This document shows, one piece after another, positions 15,258 through 22,476 of a stretch of DNA of 24,000 bases. The notes beneath the pieces were generated by a model. It was not told where the DNA came from and searched no databases. It saw nothing but the letters and a program-made list of their open reading frames with translations. Positions within the stretch are counted from its first letter, which is position 1; the number at the start of each line of letters is the position of its first letter. Both the position numbers and the translations under genes were made by a program. Location: NCBI GenBank assembly GCA_016930855.1, contig JAFGFX010000053.1:1-24000 (forward strand), in the 5' to 3' direction. The stretch is from Sedimentisphaerales bacterium (lineage in GTDB: Bacteria; Planctomycetota; Phycisphaerae; Sedimentisphaerales; SM23-30).

Positions 15258-16709
15258 TTATTGAATGGTACGGAAAATCTTTTCCACGGCCTTTTCGGCG
15301 TCCTTGCGGACATCGTCATTCGGGTCGTTGTATTGCGACCATTTCAAGAACGGCAGCGCCATCCGGTCGCCGATCTTGGCCAGGCTTTCGGCCGCCTCTT
15401 CCCGCACCTTGGCGTCGACGTCGTTGACCAGGGCGTTCAGCAGGGCCGCGGCCGGCTGGGTGCCCTTGAAGTCCTCCAGCTTATCGGCCGCTTCCTGGCG
15501 GACCTTGCTGTCGCCGTAGCGCAGATCCTCGAGGTACAAGCCCAGTTCCTCGTTGCCGTCGTTCATGGGCGGCATCTTGGGGCTGACGTAGATTTCCTTG
15601 TCGCCGGCCAGGGCCTTGATCTGATTGGCGGCCGTCTCGGCGGCCAGGCGGACCTCGTCGGCCTGCTCGATCGCCGCGCTGCGGAGCAGGGCCTCATAGG
15701 CCATCGGTTCGGCGATCTGGCCCAGGCTCTGGGCCGCCGCCGCCCGCACGGGATCGCCGCTGTCGTTGATCAAGGCGTCGATCAGGGCCGCCACGGCGGA
15801 GGTGTTGTGGTACTGGGCCAGTTCCCTGGCCGCCAGTTCCCGCTCTTCCTCCGTATCCCGCATCAGCTTGTCGATCCATTTCTCCTGCTCGGTCTGGTAC
15901 ACCGGCGTTTCGTTGACCACGGCAGGGGCGGCGGGGGCAGCCGACTCCTGGATGATTACCGGGGCCGGCGTGGTATAGCTATACACCCGAATCGTCGGCG
16001 GATAGGAATAATAATACGGATAGGCGTAGTAATAGGAGGGGTAGGACACCAGGCCGTACAGCCGAATGACGGGCCGATAGTAGCGGTGATATCCCAGGTG
16101 AACGGATCCGTACACGTACGGCCGGTGACCGGAGCTGCTGTAGTAGCGGATCACCTGCGGCCGGTGCCGAATGCGATGGATCCCCTCCGTGGGGCTGCGG
16201 AAAACGCCGCGCGGCTGACGGATGACGTGCGGCCCGTCATAATTGTAAAGCCCGCGGACCGAACTGGACGTCGAGGACCGCGTCGTGGAGCGCGCGATGG
16301 CGGACCGGCTGGCCAGCGGTTCGCGGGATACGCCTCGCGAGGATGAGACGCCAGTGTTTGACCGGGTTATCGATAATCCGGAAGACCGGGTCACGGGTGA
16401 CTTCGAAATCGTCGTCCGAGGCGTAGACGGCACCGCACGGCTGACGCTGGAACGCGTCGAAATCGCCGACCGGGATACGGACGGCCGGGAAACCGCCGAG
16501 CGGGAAACGGACAGTCGGGAAGGGGCCGAGCGGGAAACAGAGGACCGGGCCGGGGTTGACCGGGAGACACTGGGGGCCCGGGAAACCGACCGGCTGGTCT
16601 GCCCACTACCGCCGCCGCTCCGTTCTATCCGCGTTCGACCCGCCGAATCCAACACCGGCAAGGCAACCATCACGGCCAAAGCGGTTATGAATGAATATTT
16701 CCTCTTCAT
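15258..16709 (-). CDS. Secreted HEAT-repeat (PBS-lyase HEAT-like) protein with Ser/Arg-rich and Tyr/Pro-rich low-complexity regions
   Basis: Signal peptide MKRKYSFITALAVMVALPVL. Residues ~30-155 are S/R/T-rich. Residues ~195-245 are Tyr-rich (YYRPVIRLYGLVSYPSYYYAYPYYYSYPP). The C-terminal ~200 aa carry HEAT-like repeats (AVAALIDALINDSGDPVRAAAAQSLGQI; AAALLNALVNDVDAKVREEAAESLAKIGD). RBS AAGGAGA precedes ATG 16709. Confidence 0.75.
   Translation of the reverse strand: MKRKYSFITALAVMVALPVLDSAGRTRIERSGGGSGQTSRSVSRAPSVSRSTPARSSVSRSAPSRLSVSRSAVSRPSVSRSAISTRSSVSRAVPSTPRTTISKSPVTRSSGLSITRSNTGVSSSRGVSREPLASRSAIARSTTRSSTSSSVRGLYNYDGPHVIRQPRGVFRSPTEGIHRIRHRPQVIRYYSSSGHRPYVYGSVHLGYHRYYRPVIRLYGLVSYPSYYYAYPYYYSYPPTIRVYSYTTPAPVIIQESAAPAAPAVVNETPVYQTEQEKWIDKLMRDTEEERELAARELAQYHNTSAVAALIDALINDSGDPVRAAAAQSLGQIAEPMAYEALLRSAAIEQADEVRLAAETAANQIKALAGDKEIYVSPKMPPMNDGNEELGLYLEDLRYGDSKVRQEAADKLEDFKGTQPAAALLNALVNDVDAKVREEAAESLAKIGDRMALPFLKWSQYNDPNDDVRKDAEKAVEKIFRTIQ
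16437..16589 (-). repeat. In-frame degenerate tandem repeat encoding six SVSR units
   Basis: The protein reads SVSRAP / SVSRSTPARS / SVSRSAPSRL / SVSRSAVSRP / SVSRSAISTRS / SVSRAV. The DNA shows recurring CGGGAAAC(C/G)G-type units on the plus strand. Confidence 0.7.
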
Positions 16710-16745
16710 GGCACTTCTCCTTGGAAAGCGGCTTTACGCTATAGC

Positions 16746-16754
16746 ATTATATCA
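16746..16754 (-). promoter_or_regulatory. Candidate extended -10 promoter element for the HEAT-repeat gene
   Basis: The minus strand reads TGATATAAT (TGnTATAAT), about 37 nt upstream of ATG 16709. No convincing -35 is present, which is compatible with an extended -10 promoter. Confidence 0.4.
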
Positions 16755-16929
16755 TTTTCCCTTATAAAATACGACACAAAAGCAGCGGGCCAGGTTAAGG
16801 CCAATCGCCAAATTTCCCCGCAGACCAGGATGACGGCAGGATTCGGATCGGGTGCGTCTGCGGTGCGTCGCGGGGGGGCGCCGGGAGCGGCCAGGACGCA
16901 TAAAGCGATACCACACATAAGGTTACAAG

Positions 16930-17634
16930 ATGTTTGAGCCGGTATTATTCCTGGCGGTCTTGATCCTGATCGTGTTGAGCAGTTTTTTACTGGTCCGTTA
17001 TTACCGCCGGCGACTGATCATGGCCCGGATTGGCTACCGCCTGCAACTGCGGTTCCACCCCCAGGCCGAACAGGGCCTCCAGTGGCGGTACCCGGACTGG
17101 TACTGCCTGCAGGTGGGTCACACCCATCGCTTTGCCCATTTTTTGTGCGCCCACCGCCAAACGCACCGCATCTTCATCTTCGATTACTCCCTGGAGCGGG
17201 GCATCGGCCCCGACCGCCGCGAGGTCCAGGGAACCGCCGTGGCCGTGCTGGGCCGTTTCACGCTGCCCGGACTGGTGGCCCTGCGGGAGTCCGAATGGGA
17301 GCCGATCGGCCGCTACGGCGGATTCAGCCGGATGCAATGCGGCAATCGTGACTTGGATCGCCATTTTTGCTTTTTTTCCGACCAGCCGCCGCTGGCCCGG
17401 GCCCTGCTCAAGGGGCCGATCTGCGAGCCGCTGCGCCATTGCCGCCAGAGCAACTGGGAGATCCGGGAAAACCGCATCGTTTTTTTTGGCGAACCGCCGA
17501 TGAGCGGCGCCCAGATCGTCCGGCTCGTGCATCGGGCCGATGAATTGGCCGGTATCCTGAACCAATCCCCTGTGCCCGATGCGACCCTTCCAAATCCGGA
17601 TGGCCCCAATAGTCCGCAAGAAACCGACGGTTAG
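16930..17634 (+). CDS. Hypothetical membrane-anchored protein
   Basis: ATG 16930 with AAGG 9 nt upstream. N-terminal TM helix (VLFLAVLILIVLSSFLLV). Balanced amino-acid composition, unlike the overlapping minus-strand ORF 16987..17904, which runs antisense through the tRNA. No family recognised. Confidence 0.55.
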   Translation: MFEPVLFLAVLILIVLSSFLLVRYYRRRLIMARIGYRLQLRFHPQAEQGLQWRYPDWYCLQVGHTHRFAHFLCAHRQTHRIFIFDYSLERGIGPDRREVQGTAVAVLGRFTLPGLVALRESEWEPIGRYGGFSRMQCGNRDLDRHFCFFSDQPPLARALLKGPICEPLRHCRQSNWEIRENRIVFFGEPPMSGAQIVRLVHRADELAGILNQSPVPDATLPNPDGPNSPQETDG

Positions 17635-17756
17635 CTCCCACCCCGGCCCGGCAAGCGGGCAACGGCCCCATCCGGCCTTGAAGGCCGATCCCTGATCTTT
17701 GGGCCGGCCCCCAGAGGCATTCGGCATCGATCCACAGGCGGCCGGGGGATTTTTCG

Positions 17757-17784
17757 TTGCTTTTATCCAGGTCGACGATAGGAT
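17757..17784 (+). promoter_or_regulatory. Candidate promoter of tRNA-Arg
   Basis: TTGCTT (17757-17762), 16-nt spacer, TAGGAT (17779-17784). This would start transcription a few nt before the mature tRNA 5' end. Both hexamers are imperfect. Confidence 0.3.
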
Positions 17785-17793
17785 AGAGAAAAG

Positions 17794-17867
<74 letters not shown>

Positions 17868-18144
17868 TTTCTAACTCACGTCCGCATAAAAACTTAAAGC
17901 TCATCCGCTTCTTTTCCCCTTGCTATTTTTCCCAAAGGGGCTGCGGCGGAGGGAAATTTCCGGTCCTGGCCCGGCGACGCATGGTTGCCGGCAATTGAAA
18001 ATCTACCCGTTAAGGATTTGCAGATTGATCTTTCCGTGTCATCGATCAACCGGTTATCATATTGATTGACAAGTAAGGATGGCAATATCATTCTGGATAT
18101 TGACCATAAAGGCATATAGGTACTCTCTAGATGGAGAATACGAC

Positions 18145-19278
18145 ATGTCCCGTTTTAACGCAGGAAACCTTGCTTCGTGTCTGAAAGCAACCATCATGGT
18201 ATGTATAACGGCATCGATTTTCGGATGCGCGAGCACCGTCCCGGGGAAATGTGAATGCTTCAAGGTGGTTCGCTCCGACTTCCTGGGGACGGTTTGGAAC
18301 CAGGGACACGCAAACGCCTCGGTTGTATCCCAGGACGGCGGCTTTTCGTACCGCGTGCCCGGCGGATCACTTTGGTGCTTCGGAGACACGTTTAAGGGAT
18401 CACGGGACCCGGCGGGAAACCCGCAGTTCTCTGGGGGGGCCGTGTCTTGCTGCATCGCCCGGCTCGGCGAGACGATCGATAGCCTGCCTCCCGTGTTACG
18501 TTATTTGACCGGCCGGGATGGCAAGGTCGCCCAGGCAATCGACTTTCTTCCGGACGAATCCTGGGACCACAACCGCATATGGCCCCTCAGCGGCATTTAT
18601 TTCAATGCCAAATCGTATATCTATTACTCCTTGATTGAGCTGACCGGAGAAGGAATGTGGGGGTTTCAAGACGCAGGTTCCGGCTTGGCCTGCTCGACGC
18701 AGCCATTAACCGTTCATAAGCGTATTCAAACGCCGAAGGGCTGGCGCTTCCCCGTGGCTCCGACGGCCATCGTCATGACCGACGAATGGATGTATCTTTT
18801 CGATGTGGGCAAACGAGACGGCGGGCAAGGGATATGGCTTTCCCGGGTACGACCCGCCGAGATCGAGAATCCCGATGGGTATCAGTTTTACTGCGGGCCG
18901 GGACCCCGCTTCACTCCGGACAAAAACAAGCAGGTGTTATTTCTGGGGGACATCTATGGCCAGGTCTCGGTTGTCTGGAATGCATATCTGGACAGATACA
19001 TCTTGGCCTCTTCCAGTAACATCTTCCACCCGCGTGAAATACGCTTTTATACCGCCGAAAACCCCTGGGGGCCGTGGGAGCAGGCTGTCAGCATCACCGT
19101 CCCCGAGTACCGGCAAGGCAAAAAGGTGGAACTGGTTTACTGCTCGTATTTTCATCCCGAATTGTTCCGTGACAACGGACGCATTATGAACCTGACCTTT
19201 TCCCTCCACCTCGAAGACGGCGGATTCGATGTAAATAATGAAATGATCGAAGTGGAGATAAACTCATCCGATGCGTGA
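18145..19278 (+). CDS. DUF4185-like (beta-propeller glycoside-hydrolase-like) putative lipoprotein
   Basis: Frame of ORF 18079..19278; start placed at ATG 18145 with GGAGA 7 nt upstream. Signal peptide ends in the lipobox-like IFGC. The LWCFGDTF motif and overall pattern (WPLSGIY, MYLFDV, VVWNAYLDRYIL, ENPWGPW) resemble DUF4185. The family call is from memory and not verified. Confidence 0.6.
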   Translation: MSRFNAGNLASCLKATIMVCITASIFGCASTVPGKCECFKVVRSDFLGTVWNQGHANASVVSQDGGFSYRVPGGSLWCFGDTFKGSRDPAGNPQFSGGAVSCCIARLGETIDSLPPVLRYLTGRDGKVAQAIDFLPDESWDHNRIWPLSGIYFNAKSYIYYSLIELTGEGMWGFQDAGSGLACSTQPLTVHKRIQTPKGWRFPVAPTAIVMTDEWMYLFDVGKRDGGQGIWLSRVRPAEIENPDGYQFYCGPGPRFTPDKNKQVLFLGDIYGQVSVVWNAYLDRYILASSSNIFHPREIRFYTAENPWGPWEQAVSITVPEYRQGKKVELVYCSYFHPELFRDNGRIMNLTFSLHLEDGGFDVNNEMIEVEINSSDA

Positions 19279-19382
19279 CGCGCCCCAGACGGTGCTTGAA
19301 CGGAACCCGTCTGGTGCACTACGAACACCCCTCGCGGCTAGCCCCACGAATCGTGGAAAGCTTGCTACACGGGCGCGTTTTT
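19279..19382 (+). terminator. Candidate structured terminator element downstream of the DUF4185-like gene
   Basis: Outer stem CGCGCC (19279-19284) / GGCGCG (19372-19377) is followed directly by TTTTT (19378-19382). It encloses hairpin CCAGACGG (19285-19292) / CCGTCTGG (19307-19314) and hairpin CCACG-AAT-CGTGG (19344-19356). Confidence 0.35.
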
Positions 19383-19560
19383 CAGCGTCACCGTAAAACG
19401 GCAGGGGCACAGCCCGCCCCCCTCTCCGGTCGCCAGGCGGCATCTCGACAGGCCGCCGGATCGCAACGCGGCCCCTCGGTCTTTAGCCGTCGATACCCGA
19501 ACCAGCCGAGACAATTGGTCGATCAGGCAGGAATCACCGGTCCTCAACAAGCCAGGCGCC

Positions 19561-20943
19561 TTAGGCCCTGATGATGTAATCCGTTCCGTAGGGTTTTCGC
19601 TGGGGACGCGAGAGCATCGCATCGGCCTCGCTGTCGTTGATGAACCGTTCCCGCTGGGGATCCCAGTGCAGTGTCCTCGGCAGCTTCATGGCGATATGGC
19701 TGAGCAGGCACACGCTGCACGAACGGTGCCCCACCTCCACCGGCGCGACCGGCTGGCGGCGGGAGCGGATGCAATTGAGCCAGTCATGATGCTGCTCCGG
19801 ACTTTCGTACAGATGGACGTCGTTGGGGCCGATGGTGGCCGTGAGGATCTTGGGATCGCTCACCTTCAGGGCGCTGTTGTTGGGATCGTCCGCGACCGGA
19901 TCGCTGGCGGTCACCTTGGCGTTGCCGCGCGACACAAAGATCCAGCCCTCGCTGCCCTCGAACCGCACGCCGTTGGGAAAGGAACTGCTGATGTGCATCG
20001 TGATGCCGCTGGCGTATTTCGCATGCACATCGAAGTTCCCGTGGACGTTCCACAGGCCGGACGTGGGGAACTCGGCCTTGCCTTCGTATTCGACCGGCGC
20101 GGTATCCTCCGTGCCCAGGCCCCACTGGACGGTGTCGAGATGATGGGCGCCCCAGCCGGTGATCATGCCGGCGCCGAACTGCTCGCAGCGCAGCCACCCC
20201 GGACGCGAATAGTCGTTCTGGGGATGGACGCGCTTCTCCGTGTAGTACACCAGCGGCGTGGAGCCGAGCCACATGTCGTAATCCAGATTCTCCGGCACGG
20301 GCATGAGCGGCTCGTCGCCGCAGCCGGGGTCCGTGCCGATTCCCACCTGGACGTGCTTGACCTGGCCGATCTTGCCGTTGCGGACCAGCTCGCAGACCCA
20401 CTTGAATTGCGGCCAGGGATCGAGCGAACGCTGCTGGCTGCCCAGTTGCAGGATGCGCCCCGTGCGGCGCACGATGTCGCTCATCTTGCGGCCTTCCGCG
20501 ATCGTCAGGCTGCACGGTTTCTGGATGTAGATGTCCTTGCCGGCCAGCGCCGCCTCGATCGCCGGCTGCGCGTGCCAGTGGTCCGGCGTCGAGATGATCA
20601 CCGCGTCGATGCTCTTGTCCTGGAGCATCTCGCGGTAGTCCTGGTACACCTTGATGTCGACCTTGCCCGCCTTCTTGGCGTAGTACCGTTCGAACCAGGC
20701 CTTGCCGTTCTGGGCCCGCTTGCTGTCCACGTCGGCCACCGCCACCGCCCGGCACACGTCATGCTTGAGCGTCTCGGGCAGGTCGTGACTGCTGGCGATG
20801 CGGCCGAAGCCGATCTGTCCGATGTTGATCCGATCGTTGGGCTTGACCTGCCCGGTCACCACCGACGACGGCACGATCATGGGCAGGCCGATGATGCCCG
20901 CCGTGGTGGCCACGGCCCCTTTTAAAAACTCTCTCCGCTTCAT
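19561..20943 (-). CDS. Tat-exported Gfo/Idh/MocA family oxidoreductase (paralog 1)
   Basis: Frame of ORF 19561..21000; start placed at ATG 20943 (RBS AGGAGA). Twin-arginine signal MKRREFLKGAVATTAG. Rossmann NIGQIGFGRI. STPDHWH motif. QKP variant of the EKP motif. Confidence 0.85.
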   Translation of the reverse strand: MKRREFLKGAVATTAGIIGLPMIVPSSVVTGQVKPNDRINIGQIGFGRIASSHDLPETLKHDVCRAVAVADVDSKRAQNGKAWFERYYAKKAGKVDIKVYQDYREMLQDKSIDAVIISTPDHWHAQPAIEAALAGKDIYIQKPCSLTIAEGRKMSDIVRRTGRILQLGSQQRSLDPWPQFKWVCELVRNGKIGQVKHVQVGIGTDPGCGDEPLMPVPENLDYDMWLGSTPLVYYTEKRVHPQNDYSRPGWLRCEQFGAGMITGWGAHHLDTVQWGLGTEDTAPVEYEGKAEFPTSGLWNVHGNFDVHAKYASGITMHISSSFPNGVRFEGSEGWIFVSRGNAKVTASDPVADDPNNSALKVSDPKILTATIGPNDVHLYESPEQHHDWLNCIRSRRQPVAPVEVGHRSCSVCLLSHIAMKLPRTLHWDPQRERFINDSEADAMLSRPQRKPYGTDYIIRA

Positions 20944-21021
20944 GGTCTGGTCTCCTGTAGGGTACATGGATTTTGTCCTTGCCCCGCTGTCAATGATCAT
21001 TCTATTCCTTTCGCAATGGAT

Positions 21022-22365
21022 TTACAAGTGCCAGGGACTCCGCAGCGGGCGATGGAGCAGCCGGTTCGCCTCATCATCGTTCCAGAACCGTTCGCGGTCC
21101 GGATCCCATTGCAGCCGGCGGCCGACCTGGATCGCGATATGCCCGATCTGGCAAAGGGAGCACGTGCGATGGCCCACCTCGGCATCGGCCAGCGTGGGCC
21201 GCCGGGTCCTGACCGCCTGGAGAAAATCATCCTTCTCGCTCAACAGCGGCAGGTGGGTCTCGTCGGGACCGATCCTCGACGCCAGGATCGAGCGGGGGCC
21301 GGCGTCCAGCGTGCCGCCGGTGTAGTTTGCCTGGATCCATCCGTCCTCGCCCTCGAACCGCACGTAGGGCTGATCGGTCCGGTAGATCAGCCGCACGCCG
21401 TCGGCGTATCGATACCGCACCTCGAAGTCCAGCAGCACGTTCCAGAGGCCGTCGGCGGGATAGGTTCCCTCACCTTCGACCTCCACCGGCCCGGTGCGCT
21501 GGGTGCCGTTGCCCCATTGGGCGATGTCGTTCAGGTGCGTGCCCCAGTTGGTGACCATCCCCTCGCAGTAGTCCCTGACGCGCATCCAGCCGGGCCGGTC
21601 GTAGCTGCGGACCGGATGGACGCGTTTTACGGTATACGGCGCCGGCGGCGCCGGGCCCTGCCACCGGTCATAGTCCAGTTCCCCGGGCACCGCCATGGCG
21701 GGCTCCGGCCCGCAGCCGACGTCGCCCTTGGGCACGCCGGTCTTGATCGTGTGGATCCGGCCGATCCGGCCGTTCACGACCAGCTCGCAGGCCCGATGAA
21801 AAAACCAGTGGGAGCGAAATTCGCTGTCGGTGCGAAAGACGCGCTCGTAGCGTCGGACTGCATCGGCCAGGATCCGGCCTTCGGCGACGCACAGGGTCAG
21901 CGGCTTTTCACAGCAGATGTCCTTGCCGGCCCGGGCGGCGGCGATCGCCATCGGCACGTGCCAATGATCCGGCGACGAGATCATCACCGCGTCGATATCC
22001 GTCCGCGAAAGCAGTTCCTGAAAATCGACATACGCGGCGCAGCCTGTATAGTGCCCAGTTTGCTTTTCGCCGGCGTATCGTTTCTCGACCGCCTGCCGGG
22101 CGTTCTCCAGCCGCCAGCGGTCCACGTCGTTCACCGCGACCACCTGGACATCGCCGGCGGCCAGGAAATACTTCAAATTCGAATAATAGGCCTGGCGGCC
22201 CATCCCGATCATGCCGATCGTGATTCGGTTGCTCGGCGCCGCCCTGCCGTTTGTCCCCCGCGCGGCCGCCGGCACGAACCACGGCGCGCACCGCGCCGCC
22301 GCCAACGCTATCGCCGTGTCGCGCAAAAAGGCCCTTCGCGATAGTCTCGGCGGATGGTTGCTCAT
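21022..22365 (-). CDS. Tat-exported Gfo/Idh/MocA family oxidoreductase (paralog 2)
   Basis: Twin-arginine signal LSRRAFLRDTAIALAAA. Rossmann TIGMIGMGRQ. SSPDHWH and EKP motifs. Collinear homology with paralog 1 runs through the C-terminus (HRTCSLCQIGHIAIQVGRRLQWDPDRERF versus HRSCSVCLLSHIAMKLPRTLHWDPQRERF). Confidence 0.85.
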   Translation of the reverse strand: MSNHPPRLSRRAFLRDTAIALAAARCAPWFVPAAARGTNGRAAPSNRITIGMIGMGRQAYYSNLKYFLAAGDVQVVAVNDVDRWRLENARQAVEKRYAGEKQTGHYTGCAAYVDFQELLSRTDIDAVMISSPDHWHVPMAIAAARAGKDICCEKPLTLCVAEGRILADAVRRYERVFRTDSEFRSHWFFHRACELVVNGRIGRIHTIKTGVPKGDVGCGPEPAMAVPGELDYDRWQGPAPPAPYTVKRVHPVRSYDRPGWMRVRDYCEGMVTNWGTHLNDIAQWGNGTQRTGPVEVEGEGTYPADGLWNVLLDFEVRYRYADGVRLIYRTDQPYVRFEGEDGWIQANYTGGTLDAGPRSILASRIGPDETHLPLLSEKDDFLQAVRTRRPTLADAEVGHRTCSLCQIGHIAIQVGRRLQWDPDRERFWNDDEANRLLHRPLRSPWHL

Positions 22366-22404
22366 GCCGTTTCACCCCGTTTCGCTCGCCGCGTTCTTAT
22401 AACT

Positions 22405-22471
22405 TCTAACATAATGAGCGACCGACGCATTCAGCCGCCCGGGTGGGGCTGTTTGCCTTCGTTATGTTAGA
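22405..22471. repeat. 10-bp perfect AT-rich inverted repeat, TCTAACATAA ... TTATGTTAGA, with a 47-nt spacer
   Basis: Arms at 22405-22414 and 22462-22471. The spacer contains a GC hairpin CAGCC...GGCTG around a CCCGGG palindrome. The element fills most of the 111-bp gap between the LTD gene stop and the start of Gfo paralog 2. Confidence 0.65.
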
Positions 22472-22476
22472 CGCCC

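Noticed and set aside
16437-16620. Short periodic DNA repeats that might be taken for a CRISPR-like or satellite array
   Set aside because: The units are degenerate, unequal in length (24-33 nt) and have no unique spacers. They lie in frame within a CDS, where they encode the SVSR peptide repeat.
17952-17961. Perfect 10-bp palindrome GGAAATTTCC downstream of the tRNA
   Set aside because: It is a single isolated palindrome with no second copy or adjacent gene start, so there is insufficient evidence for a functional site.
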